Positions 18,033 to 27,810 of a DNA stretch of 64,000 nt are shown here, one piece after another (position 1 is the stretch's first letter; every line of letters starts with the position of its first letter). Source of the DNA: a virus (Duplodnaviria > Caudoviricetes); the IMG/VR virus record IMGVR_UViG_3300027805_000006, one strand, 5' to 3'. The position numbers and the translations under genes are program-made. Below the pieces are notes generated by a model. That model made no database searches. It was not told where the DNA came from and saw only the letters and a program-made list of their open reading frames with translations.

Positions 18033-18783
18033 TTCTTTGTTTTACTACTTTTGTCACTTTTACTGGCACATAAAAGTTGGTATCTCCCAGCATCTTTCTC
18101 AGTTTGATTAGGTCATTCCAACGTTCTCTAGTATTCTGAGATCCTAGAATTACTATTGTTACCATATTGTAGTTGACTTCCATCACCGTAACTAGACAGC
18201 CACCCGCCCTTTTAATAAATCCTGTCTTTGAAAGGTAGAACTTCCAGCCCTCTTTGTTTAAGAACGGATTGGTGTTTATTCTTTCGCCTATGGTTGTTTT
18301 ATCCCGAACTGAGATGCTTGCGAGTTCTGTTCGATAAAGTTCTCTTGCGCTTTCAGCAATCTTTCTAGCGGTTGATTGGTTCAATTCATCTAGACCACTT
18401 CCTTCAACGAGCGTAGCATTTGCAACCGATGAAAGTTCAGTAACACGCCCAAGTGCCTTGGCAGCGGCATTGTCAGAAGAAACTAAAGACAATTCAGTAA
18501 GTTCTCTTCGCGTATAAAACTGACCTGCTTTAAGAGGTGTAAATGTTCTTCCACCATTTCTTATATCTTCTTTAGTGACCTCGATCATTTCATTTTGGTC
18601 AAGAGAGGCGCTCTGCTGCGCAACAAACATCTTGGTGATGCTTGCGATAGGGCGAACATCATCGATATTTTTCTGCAGCAGAATATTTCCCTGCATATCC
18701 GTCACAATAAACGATGATGCAGAAATTGAAAAAGCAGAACTGGAAAATATTAGGCAGAAGAGCCAGAAGATGGCTTTGAACAC
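18025..18783 (-). CDS. D-Ala-D-Ala carboxy/endopeptidase (peptidase S11, PBP7-like)
   Basis: signal peptide; SxxK (ASITKM), SxN (SDN) and KTG motifs. Confidence 0.88.
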   Translation of the reverse strand: MFKAIFWLFCLIFSSSAFSISASSFIVTDMQGNILLQKNIDDVRPIASITKMFVAQQSASLDQNEMIEVTKEDIRNGGRTFTPLKAGQFYTRRELTELSLVSSDNAAAKALGRVTELSSVANATLVEGSGLDELNQSTARKIAESARELYRTELASISVRDKTTIGERINTNPFLNKEGWKFYLSKTGFIKRAGGCLVTVMEVNYNMVTIVILGSQNTRERWNDLIKLRKMLGDTNFYVPVKVTKVVKQRKK

Positions 18784-18906
18784 TTTTCTTGTTGTGGTTT
18801 AGACTTTTCAGTAGAAGAAGGTTCCTGCTTCTTTGCAAAAATTCTTTCCCAGCCAGTTCTATATTGGTCTGTGCTCTGTTTTGTTTTTAAAGCATCACCG
18901 GTAATG

Positions 18907-19680
18907 TCATTTTTTGCAGTCATTCGACTTTACTAGTTTTTCATTGTACTTAAGAAGGGCATTTGTTGCTTCAGGATTTATTCCAACACTTTCTGCCCAA
19001 GCACACCACGCGTATACATCCTTTGGAATACACTTGCTATTTGCACCTCTTTTATCAGGGTAAACGAATGTCCACCATAAATTCATTCTAGGATCGTCTC
19101 CATACACTGCGTCGCGTACGGTGTAATAATCAACTCCTGCGGCCTCACACGCGTCATACAGTTCCTGACACTGCATTACTTTGTAGAAAATTGCACGATT
19201 TTCACTAAACTTGATTACTTCTGCTTCAAGTCTAGATACCTGTCTAATTCTAACATTCGCATTATAAACTGTAGCATAGCAATCAATTACTTTACGTCTA
19301 TCTTCAGGATCTCCGCCTAAAATCATAAATTGACGGCTGTCCATCTGCAGCATTGGATGTGCAGGGGTTTCTCCCAAATATTCAGGCTGAACAACTATTC
19401 TCTTGTTATACTTTTTTGCCATCTTGTCTGCAAAGCCAGGTTGAGTTGCAGATCTAATAACAACAAAGTCACAATTACAGTTTGCAATTGCATCTTCTAC
19501 AGCAGAACAATCAAGTTCTGGACCACCAGTCCAGGGCGTAGGAACAGCCAAAAAGCAAATATCACAATTTTCTAGCGGTCTAGAATATTCATCAATAAAC
19601 TTATCATAAATCTGTGCATGTGGAAAAAGCCGTTCTGTTGCTTTACCAATCCATCCATAACCAACAATTCCTACTTTCAT
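18907..19680 (-). CDS. UDP-glucose/GDP-mannose dehydrogenase family protein
   Basis: GIVGYGWIG Rossmann motif, AVPTP, PEYL, SKCIPKD catalytic-Cys motif. Confidence 0.8.
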   Translation of the reverse strand: MKVGIVGYGWIGKATERLFPHAQIYDKFIDEYSRPLENCDICFLAVPTPWTGGPELDCSAVEDAIANCNCDFVVIRSATQPGFADKMAKKYNKRIVVQPEYLGETPAHPMLQMDSRQFMILGGDPEDRRKVIDCYATVYNANVRIRQVSRLEAEVIKFSENRAIFYKVMQCQELYDACEAAGVDYYTVRDAVYGDDPRMNLWWTFVYPDKRGANSKCIPKDVYAWCAWAESVGINPEATNALLKYNEKLVKSNDCKK

Positions 19681-19701
19681 AGTGGTAACCTATCTATGTG
19701 T

Positions 19702-21006
19702 TTATTTTTTGGGTGAAAAACCGATTTTTTCTCCAGGAACAAATGGAAAATTATTCTTTTCAAGATATTCATGAAGAACGCTTTTATATTTACTATTCTT
19801 AACTGAGGCTTTCAACCATAAAAATTCCTGTACGAGAGCAGTATCTAAAAATGGATATCGCGTTTCTATTCCATAATGACCCGCAACATATTCCTCTTTG
19901 TTTAGATATTGAATTTGCGTTCCATCCCAAAAACTGTGCCAAGGAAAAAAGCCTTCCAAACGCTCTGGAAATAATCCGCCAAATGAACTATGATCATATA
20001 TTTTTCTGCCCGCAAAACCATAATCGCTAATAATTTCATCAGCACCTTGTCCAGAAAAATATATTCTCCTCTTTTCATTATTTGCTCTTGTACAAATTGC
20101 TGCTAGACCAACTGATGCATTGTCCGCTTTTATGTCATAGTCCTTAAACCTATCTTTATACTTAAAGTCTTCACAGTATGACATTAATTCAGAAAGATGA
20201 AAATTGTATTCTTCCCTACTTATATCAATTAATTCTGTATCCTCTAAAATATGAGTTCTTTGTTCAAGTATATTCATATTTTCTTTATTGATAATAGAAT
20301 ATGCTTTAAATGGAACTTTTTGTTTATGAAGTTCACAAGATATTGCACCGCTATCATAACCAGAACTTAATCCCAAGAACATAGTGTACGGGGTATTTGC
20401 TGTTCTTTTTCTGATACTTTCTGAAAAAGCAACTAACCAGTCATCACAATTTGACTTGTGCTGATTTAAATCAAAAGAAATATTTTTTATTTCTTGCTTT
20501 AACCTAAGGGTTTTTAAATCATAGATCCTCGTGGTATTAGCGCTTAACTTTTTTGAATTTTCAAATCCAAGTCCAGTTAATTGACTTTGATAAGAAGAAA
20601 CACCAAAGTGATCTTGGTCAAAAGCATACCATAATGGTTTACAGGAAAAAGTATCTGTCGCTATCAACACTATATTATTTGTAAAGTCTATTAAACAAAG
20701 AGCAAATTCACCATCGAGGTGTTTTACGAACGAAATACCCTTATCTTTGTACTGATCAATTATGCAAAATCCATCACTCTTATAATCACCAAATTTTTTA
20801 TAATTGTATATCTCGCCATTAAACACACATACTATATCACCATCAATGAATGGTTGCGGGGTAATTTCTCCGGTAATATGCAGAAGATTGTGCAGAAATT
20901 CTACATTGTTTACAACTTTTACAGAAGTTAAATCTGGCCCCCGCTTTATGCAGAAGCGATTTGTCTTTTCAAGACCGATCTTATTCGTTACTCCAAAACC
21001 ACACAT
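19702..21006 (-). CDS. asparagine synthetase-like glutamine amidotransferase
   Basis: N-terminal MCG, FNGEIYNY, LSSGYDSG, FSGQGADEI. Confidence 0.85.
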   Translation of the reverse strand: MCGFGVTNKIGLEKTNRFCIKRGPDLTSVKVVNNVEFLHNLLHITGEITPQPFIDGDIVCVFNGEIYNYKKFGDYKSDGFCIIDQYKDKGISFVKHLDGEFALCLIDFTNNIVLIATDTFSCKPLWYAFDQDHFGVSSYQSQLTGLGFENSKKLSANTTRIYDLKTLRLKQEIKNISFDLNQHKSNCDDWLVAFSESIRKRTANTPYTMFLGLSSGYDSGAISCELHKQKVPFKAYSIINKENMNILEQRTHILEDTELIDISREEYNFHLSELMSYCEDFKYKDRFKDYDIKADNASVGLAAICTRANNEKRRIYFSGQGADEIISDYGFAGRKIYDHSSFGGLFPERLEGFFPWHSFWDGTQIQYLNKEEYVAGHYGIETRYPFLDTALVQEFLWLKASVKNSKYKSVLHEYLEKNNFPFVPGEKIGFSPKK

Positions 21007-21013
21007 ATTTTTC

Positions 21014-21964
21014 CTAATAACAACCTGAATAGATTTTATGTCTACTCAACGTGTTCTCAAGTTCATTAATAACAAAAGGTTTGAAATCATCTGTAGAAAA
21101 ATCTAACATTTTTCCAGCAATTTTTTGACCTTCACCACTTAAAAAACCGCCTAACGGGAAAAAGGTAAGTTCACCCACAAAAATTCTAGAATGTGTTTGG
21201 TACATATCAACACGCAAATACTTCCAACCGGCTGAAAGTTTTTCCGCAATATCCTTCATTTCTTCCCACTTGTGTGGAATATTAAATTCATTTGTTCTGC
21301 CAAGAAGTGTATTGAAATGAAAATCCAGATTTTTTCCGTTAATATCTACGTTTATTTCCTTTGATACCGAGTTACCTCTTCCTTCAATATATTGAATCCA
21401 TTTTATTTTACCATTCACACAGTGAAATTTAAAATCAGCAGGTGGGATATTTGAAACAGGTCCGATATATTCTTCTGCGAATATCTGTGGTTGAATGTAA
21501 GAATACATCCATTCTCCATATTTCCAACCATACGCAAGGTTTATTGCCTGTTCAAGTTGACTTTTTATGCTTGATAAATTGAACATACTTCCGTCTTTAA
21601 TTAAAAAAACGGTGCCTGAATTATTATTAACTTTTAAAACATAAGACGTTGGTAGGTTACAATTAGCAATTTCACTTGCCCTTTTAAATTTTGCAAAAAT
21701 TGTTGGGGTAAAACCTGCACCAATTCTGGTTTCAATATAGTGTCTAACAACAACTTTATCAGATAGACTTACGTGAAGTTTAGACTGATCAAATAATTTT
21801 AACCACTGTATTTTAGAATTAAAATCTTGAGGTTTAACTAAATCGGGAAAGCATTTTAGTTTTGAGAAATAGAAAGTATGAATATTTTCATATATTTCCT
21901 GAATTTCGCCAGTTAATGGTACAATTTTACTATCTTCTTGCCATTTTTCTTTAAGTTTAGTCAT
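21014..21964 (-). CDS. TupA-like ATP-grasp protein
   Basis: FNSKIQWLKL, DKVVVR.YI, LKVNNNSG, DFKFHC.NG, LRVDMY, VGELTFFP. Confidence 0.8.
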   Translation of the reverse strand: MTKLKEKWQEDSKIVPLTGEIQEIYENIHTFYFSKLKCFPDLVKPQDFNSKIQWLKLFDQSKLHVSLSDKVVVRHYIETRIGAGFTPTIFAKFKRASEIANCNLPTSYVLKVNNNSGTVFLIKDGSMFNLSSIKSQLEQAINLAYGWKYGEWMYSYIQPQIFAEEYIGPVSNIPPADFKFHCVNGKIKWIQYIEGRGNSVSKEINVDINGKNLDFHFNTLLGRTNEFNIPHKWEEMKDIAEKLSAGWKYLRVDMYQTHSRIFVGELTFFPLGGFLSGEGQKIAGKMLDFSTDDFKPFVINELENTLSRHKIYSGCY

Positions 21965-21965
21965 A

Positions 21966-22769
21966 TCAATTCTTTTTCAGAATCATTATGAAATTACCAC
22001 CCTCATTCCAATCTTTAAAATAGACGGAAGAAAAATCTGGCAAGAATGAAACAAGTTGCTTGGGGTCACAAACTTCATATGGTAGACCGCCAAGCCAATC
22101 AAGAGCATCATGAAAAATATTCATCCCTCTTTCATCAGTATCTTTTGACAAAATATTTCTACCATGATTTCTGAGCATATATTCATAAAGCATTTTGATC
22201 TTATCATCACGATCCAAAGATGCGAATTTTTGTTTCTCTGCTAGATGTCTTGGGAAACTCGGGCCGGAACGATAAAGCGCTATATGAAAATAACCACCTG
22301 ACTTTACATAAGCAGCGGCGTTTTTAATTGCTTTCCACATATCACCAGTATGATGTAGAACACCCCAAGAATAAACAAAATCATGTTGCTGAATTTCTGT
22401 TTGCTCTAAAATAGAAGCCTTTTTAATTTCCCAGTCAATTTCATTAAAGAAGAACTTTTGTTTTGTTAATGCCGTAGCCTGCACAGAATATTCATCAATA
22501 TCAAATGATGTTAACTTTGAAGCACCTAATTTAGCAAAAGACAAAGATGACAAACCTGAACCACAACCAATATCTAAAACGCTCTTCCCTTGAATATCGA
22601 TATTTATCGATGAATATAGTCGTTCAAGATTTTGTTTATGTTTTTCTATAATTTCTTCATTAAGTCGTGTTTTGACGTAATCAAACCAATTAAACCCAAA
22701 CGAAAAATTTCCACTCTCATTTAAGTTATTAAGATGCTCTTTGAACTGATCTAATGTTACGATTGACAT
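21966..22769 (-). CDS. class I SAM-dependent methyltransferase
   Basis: VLDIGCGSG and YSWGVLHHTGD motifs. Confidence 0.88.
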   Translation of the reverse strand: MSIVTLDQFKEHLNNLNESGNFSFGFNWFDYVKTRLNEEIIEKHKQNLERLYSSINIDIQGKSVLDIGCGSGLSSLSFAKLGASKLTSFDIDEYSVQATALTKQKFFFNEIDWEIKKASILEQTEIQQHDFVYSWGVLHHTGDMWKAIKNAAAYVKSGGYFHIALYRSGPSFPRHLAEKQKFASLDRDDKIKMLYEYMLRNHGRNILSKDTDERGMNIFHDALDWLGGLPYEVCDPKQLVSFLPDFSSVYFKDWNEGGNFIMILKKN

Positions 22770-22778
22770 ATTATTTCC

Positions 22779-23492
22779 TTATTTCCAGTTATCTTTTACC
22801 CAGCTAACAGATGAGTGCCAAGGTTTATGATTACCATTGAATTGAATTATTTTTGCGTTAGCAGGATTTTTACCGTCATATCTGTTAAACAAGTAAATCC
22901 CATCTTCGTGTTTAAACTTCTCTTCTTTTTTAAAAAGTTTATAACTTATCCATGCCTGATCACTTCCTCTAAAACCTGCGCCTCGAGCGTCAGAAATTGC
23001 CTTTTTTGGATCTTTTACAAAATCATCCCACACTTGCGTTCTTGATCCAGTTCTAAGTTGCCATAGACAACCAACGAAAAAATTAGAACCCCAAGAATTT
23101 GAACCACCAGGCGCCTGCCACCCAACAAAATCTGAATTTTTATTAAACACAGAGTCAACATTGTTAACAAGCACTATATCTAGATCAGTAAGAAAAATTC
23201 TGCTGCCTAATACTCTTGCCTGTTCGCTAAAGAGCCACAATCTTCTATAGCACGTTGGAAAACCATTTCCTTCTGGTGTTTGCAGATCATTTAATTTTCT
23301 AGCTTCATCTGGAGTAGGTAATATTATCACATTTGATGTAAATGAAGAAGCAGGTTCATCGGTTATGCAAACAATTTGATGTGGTATAGTCAAGTGCCTT
23401 TTAAACATTGACGTCAAGACATCAACATACTCTGGTTTATATGTATAGGAAAGTTTTGAATTTTTCCATAGCCAGCAAACTATAGTTATCAT
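22779..23492 (-). CDS. glycosyltransferase (GT-A-like, DxD)
   Basis: LTDLDIVL DxD motif, SDQAWI, C-terminal FNGNHKPW; paralogue of the C-terminal half of 24190-25662. Confidence 0.7.
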   Translation of the reverse strand: MITIVCWLWKNSKLSYTYKPEYVDVLTSMFKRHLTIPHQIVCITDEPASSFTSNVIILPTPDEARKLNDLQTPEGNGFPTCYRRLWLFSEQARVLGSRIFLTDLDIVLVNNVDSVFNKNSDFVGWQAPGGSNSWGSNFFVGCLWQLRTGSRTQVWDDFVKDPKKAISDARGAGFRGSDQAWISYKLFKKEEKFKHEDGIYLFNRYDGKNPANAKIIQFNGNHKPWHSSVSWVKDNWK

Positions 23493-24188
23493 TTATTTCA
23501 ACAATTTTGAAATTAGCGAATTAGGAGGGAATTTTCCAGAAATATCTACACCTGCCCTTTTCCATGTTTCATTGTAAAGATGTACAAATCTTGTATTTGC
23601 CGGAATTTCACCATCAGCAATAAACTTCGCTGGACTTTCTTGCCAACCTATTGGATTTGCAAATTCAGGAGCAAATACTGTAAAGCCGTGATTCGGATTC
23701 ATTGTTACGAGACCTGTCAAAAGCCAAGGACCAATTTCTGACCAAGTAATTTTATCCTTTGGGAATTTTTCTGTATATGCTAATGCTAGACTTATCAAAT
23801 TTCCTTCAGATGGTGTAGGATTAAAAAGAACATTTCCGTTAATCTGAACCGCATTACCATTTTTTTCAGTTACTAAAAACGGTGTGGTGGGAAGTTTATC
23901 AGGAGATACTAAACAAACGACATCGGTGTCTGAATATAAACCGCCAATTTTATCCAATACAACATATCTAAAGAGATCTGAAAAGCCAGCATATGATCCT
24001 TGTTTATTAAGAAAGATCTTGTCTTCTGACAGCATTTCTCTTGCATCTCTAACCATACTAGAAGGTAAGTCCTGTATTGTTCCATATGTCCATACATTAC
24101 AATCATACCCTTTTTCAGCAAATGACAGAATACATTTGCTGAAAGCAGTTCCTACATTTCCATATGCCCAGAAAAAATGTGTTTTCAT
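23493..24188 (-). CDS. glycosyltransferase with DXD sugar-binding region (GT32-like)
   Basis: FSDLFRY.VL...GGLYSDTDV, IGPWLLT. Confidence 0.8.
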   Translation of the reverse strand: MKTHFFWAYGNVGTAFSKCILSFAEKGYDCNVWTYGTIQDLPSSMVRDAREMLSEDKIFLNKQGSYAGFSDLFRYVVLDKIGGLYSDTDVVCLVSPDKLPTTPFLVTEKNGNAVQINGNVLFNPTPSEGNLISLALAYTEKFPKDKITWSEIGPWLLTGLVTMNPNHGFTVFAPEFANPIGWQESPAKFIADGEIPANTRFVHLYNETWKRAGVDISGKFPPNSLISKLLK

Positions 24189-24189
24189 A

Positions 24190-25662
24190 TTACTTCCAAT
24201 TTTCCTTTATCCACGGATAGTTAAGAGACCAGGGTTTATCTGGTCCATTAAACTGAATCAATTTTGCATTTGCCGGTATTTTTGTTTTATGGTCAAGAAT
24301 TGAATAAATTCCATCTTCACCAGAGAACATCTTTTCTTTGCCATACAGATTATAACTTATCCATGCTTGGTCACTACCTCTGAAACCAGCGCTGCGAGCA
24401 TCTGAAATTGCTTTTTCTGGATTAGTAATAAAATTGTCCCATAGGTGCGTTCTGGTGCCTGTTCTGTGAAGCCACAAACAGCCGATAAAATAGTTTGTGC
24501 CCCAAGCCCAAGGAGTTGGATTTTGCCAACCGACAAAGTCATCTGTGTAACCAACTATATGATCAATATTTCCAGTAATAACGAAGTCAATATCAATCAT
24601 CAGAATTTTACTTCCCAGTGATTTAGCCTCTTCACTAAACAGCCACAATCTTCTGTAGCACGATGGTTTTTCTTTACCTTCAGGCGTTTTTACAGAAAGA
24701 AAAGGCTTAACAGATTCTGGTATTGGAATAACTTTTACATCAGAATTGAATCCAGAAGCATCTATATCAGTAATACACACTAACTGATGTGGTACAGTTA
24801 AATTTCTACTTAGCATTGAAGCCAAGGTATTAACGTATTCTGGCTTAAAAGCATATGGTAAATTAGGATCATTCCATAACCAACACACAACAGTTACCGG
24901 TTCTTTAGATTCTGATCTCATAGCAATCTCTTGTTTTTTTGCTGCCTTGTTCTTCTCCTGTTCAACGAGAATTCTTTTATACGCCTCATATGGAATTGCG
25001 CGTGTTTCATTGTTGATGGTAATGAAGATTTTAGACATTGGTGGTGGCTCTTCGCCAATACCAATATAGTGATTTGCAAAAGTCGTAACGTAATTTACGG
25101 TTGCTCTAATGCTTCTTCCGCGTGGTACCTTCGCCTTAACAATGAAATCCCAAAGCGCACGGTCTCCAAACATTGCCTGCTTCTTTGTTTTGAACAACCA
25201 CAGGCGAAGGAACGTAAATGCCTGAGCAATGAAAAGGTAGCAGTTCGTGTCACAGAAATTTTCACCATCCGATTCATCATCTACCCGCATAAACAGGTTA
25301 TTGGGTCGGTATAGGTTTCGAGCACAGGTGATGACAGGAGCACCGGTCCGCTTTTGTGCGGCAATCATTTCTTCGAGGTGATCCGGATCGTACCAGCAGT
25401 CGGCATCCAGGAAGCAGATAGCATCATAGCCCTGGATTGATGCGATTGCAGCACCAATACCACGAGGTGTATCACCATAGTCACCGCTGTTAGGGATCTT
25501 AATGTGGTCGCAGTCCCACGTATCCACGTCAGCATTCGGGTGACCGTCAGATACAATTATGTGACGAACCTCCTTGTGTGTCTGGTTTAAAACGCTGCGG
25601 TGGCACTGCAGTAGTTGCTTGGTTGTTTCCTTGTAGTAAGGGGTGATTACTGCTACTCTCAC
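24190..25662 (-). CDS. two-domain glycosyltransferase (GT2 fused to a second GT-A domain)
   Basis: VAVITPYY..SVLNQT..FLDADCW at the N-terminus; C-terminal domain duplicates 22779-23492. Confidence 0.8.
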   Translation of the reverse strand: MRVAVITPYYKETTKQLLQCHRSVLNQTHKEVRHIIVSDGHPNADVDTWDCDHIKIPNSGDYGDTPRGIGAAIASIQGYDAICFLDADCWYDPDHLEEMIAAQKRTGAPVITCARNLYRPNNLFMRVDDESDGENFCDTNCYLFIAQAFTFLRLWLFKTKKQAMFGDRALWDFIVKAKVPRGRSIRATVNYVTTFANHYIGIGEEPPPMSKIFITINNETRAIPYEAYKRILVEQEKNKAAKKQEIAMRSESKEPVTVVCWLWNDPNLPYAFKPEYVNTLASMLSRNLTVPHQLVCITDIDASGFNSDVKVIPIPESVKPFLSVKTPEGKEKPSCYRRLWLFSEEAKSLGSKILMIDIDFVITGNIDHIVGYTDDFVGWQNPTPWAWGTNYFIGCLWLHRTGTRTHLWDNFITNPEKAISDARSAGFRGSDQAWISYNLYGKEKMFSGEDGIYSILDHKTKIPANAKLIQFNGPDKPWSLNYPWIKENWK

Positions 25663-26810
25663 TCTGTTCTCTCTTCCTTTGAAGTTTCTGGTTTTACGGC
25701 ACTTTCAGCAGCCTGACCAAATTTTGACTTGAACACCCCCAAATTTTTCTTCAGGCGCTCAATGGTTTCTGGCTTTTCGCTGTGCTTAAGAGCAGTCTCA
25801 AGCGCTAGTTCTCCATACTTCAGAGCATCTTCCTTGAAGCCAATGAAGTGCGCACCGACAGCAGCGTAGTCATAGGGGCCAAAGCCCCAGGCGGTAGGAT
25901 CAGCAATGTACCTCTCGCCCTGCTTTCCGTTTGAGAGCGCGTTTGTGGCGGCGAAGTAAAGCGTTCGATAGTCCTTTGAGGTGTGGGCAACATTTGCCAG
26001 TTCCCACCAGGGTTCTCTTTCAAAAGGAGTTTCAGCGCAAGCCTTTAGCGCCCATACTCGTGCCTCATAGAAGTTCTTGAGGCGAAGATTGCTTCGCGCA
26101 ATGTAACGCATAGAAGCGGCTCGCTCAACGTCCCATATTGCAGATGGAAGGGTAAGGTGACGCTTAAGTTCAGCAATCGCCTCTTCATTCTTCCCGTACA
26201 ACATATACTCTCTTCCGAGGTAGTGACTATTACGGTCATTCTCGGGTGTTTCTTTTACTGCAAGTTCAAGCAGCGGCAGGTATGATTTGCGGCTCTTCGT
26301 ATTATCAGGATAGTGATGAACCTCAAGTGTCTCACAGCGAGTAACATAAGGATCCATTCCGGTAACTTCAATGATTTCATGAACTGGGTGGATCCAGCGA
26401 ACATTGTGACGCTGGTGGATCTTGCTTATCCAGAAACTAACTGCGGCAGAACCATCGGAGTTGTGGCTCCAGATGTAGTTGTAGTGGAGGTTGGTAGTTT
26501 TTTCTGTCCAGGTTTTCTCTACTGCGGCTCTCCAACCTGGTGTAATAACCTCGTCGATATCAATACAGACGCAGATATCAACATCTTCAGGAACCATTTG
26601 CAGCGATAGGTTTCTAGCAACATCAAAGCGCCAGGGATCCACGATTTTGGTCTGAACAATGGCTCCTAAGCCTTCAAGTAGTTCTACAGTTTTATCAGTG
26701 GATCCAGTATCAAGCACATAAACTGCGTCTGCTTCACCCTTAACGGAGTTCATAAAGCGCTCAACGTGCTTTTCTTCATTCTTTGCGATTGTGTATATAA
26801 TTACTTTCAT
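25659..26810 (-). CDS. GT2 glycosyltransferase with TPR-like repeats
   Basis: IAKNEEKH..VLDTGSTD, FDVARN, IDIDE, then helical YLGREY repeats. Confidence 0.85.
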   Translation of the reverse strand: MKVIIYTIAKNEEKHVERFMNSVKGEADAVYVLDTGSTDKTVELLEGLGAIVQTKIVDPWRFDVARNLSLQMVPEDVDICVCIDIDEVITPGWRAAVEKTWTEKTTNLHYNYIWSHNSDGSAAVSFWISKIHQRHNVRWIHPVHEIIEVTGMDPYVTRCETLEVHHYPDNTKSRKSYLPLLELAVKETPENDRNSHYLGREYMLYGKNEEAIAELKRHLTLPSAIWDVERAASMRYIARSNLRLKNFYEARVWALKACAETPFEREPWWELANVAHTSKDYRTLYFAATNALSNGKQGERYIADPTAWGFGPYDYAAVGAHFIGFKEDALKYGELALETALKHSEKPETIERLKKNLGVFKSKFGQAAESAVKPETSKEERTE

Positions 26811-26828
26811 CTTTTATATCTGTATAAG

Positions 26829-26854
26829 AATACTGGTGCTATAGCACCAGTATT
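26829..26854. terminator. hairpin (terminator-like)
   Basis: AATACTGGTGCT-AT-AGCACCAGTATT. Confidence 0.5.
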
Positions 26855-26876
26855 TAGTGTTTCTAATAACCTGTTT

Positions 26877-27167
26877 TTACCTAACCTTCAGGTGCCAAAA
26901 CGCCTCAACAATTCTTTTTTCCTTTTCCTGAAGCGGAATAGGTGCATTTGAATGTGCGTTGCTCCATGCTCTAATTTTTTCATTTAGCACAGTAACTGCC
27001 TGACTGTTCCATGTGACTGTACGGTGATAGTTCAGGTCGTGTAGAAGTTGCTCATATACTTCTACTTTTTGTTTCAGCGTTGGCTTCTTAGACTGATTGA
27101 TCACTGGCTGCCTTTTTACGTTCTTCGTACGTGGTGTTGATGATTTGCGAACTGCCTGCATCTTCAT
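26877..27167 (-). CDS. hypothetical protein
   Basis: ORF in operon; start uncertain. Confidence 0.5.
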   Translation of the reverse strand: MKMQAVRKSSTPRTKNVKRQPVINQSKKPTLKQKVEVYEQLLHDLNYHRTVTWNSQAVTVLNEKIRAWSNAHSNAPIPLQEKEKRIVEAFWHLKVR

Positions 27168-27345
27168 TTATCTCAAATCGAAGCACATCACCAGCCTGCC
27201 AATCTGATTCTTCGAGCCACTTGTCGCTAAAGGAAATAATTAAATCTCCGTTACTTGCTTCATGCATTTGGATGTCATTGCCATCAGGGTCATGCTGAGG
27301 AATATCATCTCCGCATTTGTCAAGTGATAAATGAAAAGTTTTCAT
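27088..27345 (-). CDS. AbrB/MazE-like small DNA-binding protein
   Basis: LIISFSDKWLEESDWQAGDVLRFEI resembles the swapped-hairpin pattern. Confidence 0.45.
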   Translation of the reverse strand: MKTFHLSLDKCGDDIPQHDPDGNDIQMHEASNGDLIISFSDKWLEESDWQAGDVLRFEINEDAGSSQIINTTYEERKKAASDQSV

Positions 27346-27432
27346 CTTATTTCCTTCTATAAGTATAGATGTATTTTATTTCTATAGTAAGCAGCGCCAA
27401 ATAAAAATTAAGGTTGAGTGTACATTTTCAAT

Positions 27433-27810
27433 CTACCAGCGATCAATGAATAGCCTCCAATGATCTGCGTGTTTTTTAAGAAATACTTTTTTGTTCTCAA
27501 TTAGTTTAGGTTCAACTTTAGAAGTTGCTTTCTTCTGGCTTTGGGTATATACTATCCAAAGATCGCGGCCGGTGTGGCCCAAATACTTAGATTCTAAAAG
27601 ATCACCAGCGTAGCGCCAGCTAAACTCACTGTCAATCTCTATGATCTCTTCAGGTGGTATGTCGGCTATCTCTTCAGAGGCTCGCAATAAATTTGTATTT
27701 GATTTAAACCAGACCTGTACAGTTTTTTGCTTATCAAGAAGCTTATTAAGCAGCGTACTTAATAATTCTGTTTCGTCAGAATGATTTATTTCATCGAGTC
27801 TCATTGTCAA
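27433..27810 (-). CDS. hypothetical protein (one copy of a repeated module)
   Basis: LLNKLLDKQKTVQV module start shared with the two upstream genes. Confidence 0.6.
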   Translation of the reverse strand: MTMRLDEINHSDETELLSTLLNKLLDKQKTVQVWFKSNTNLLRASEEIADIPPEEIIEIDSEFSWRYAGDLLESKYLGHTGRDLWIVYTQSQKKATSKVEPKLIENKKVFLKKHADHWRLFIDRW

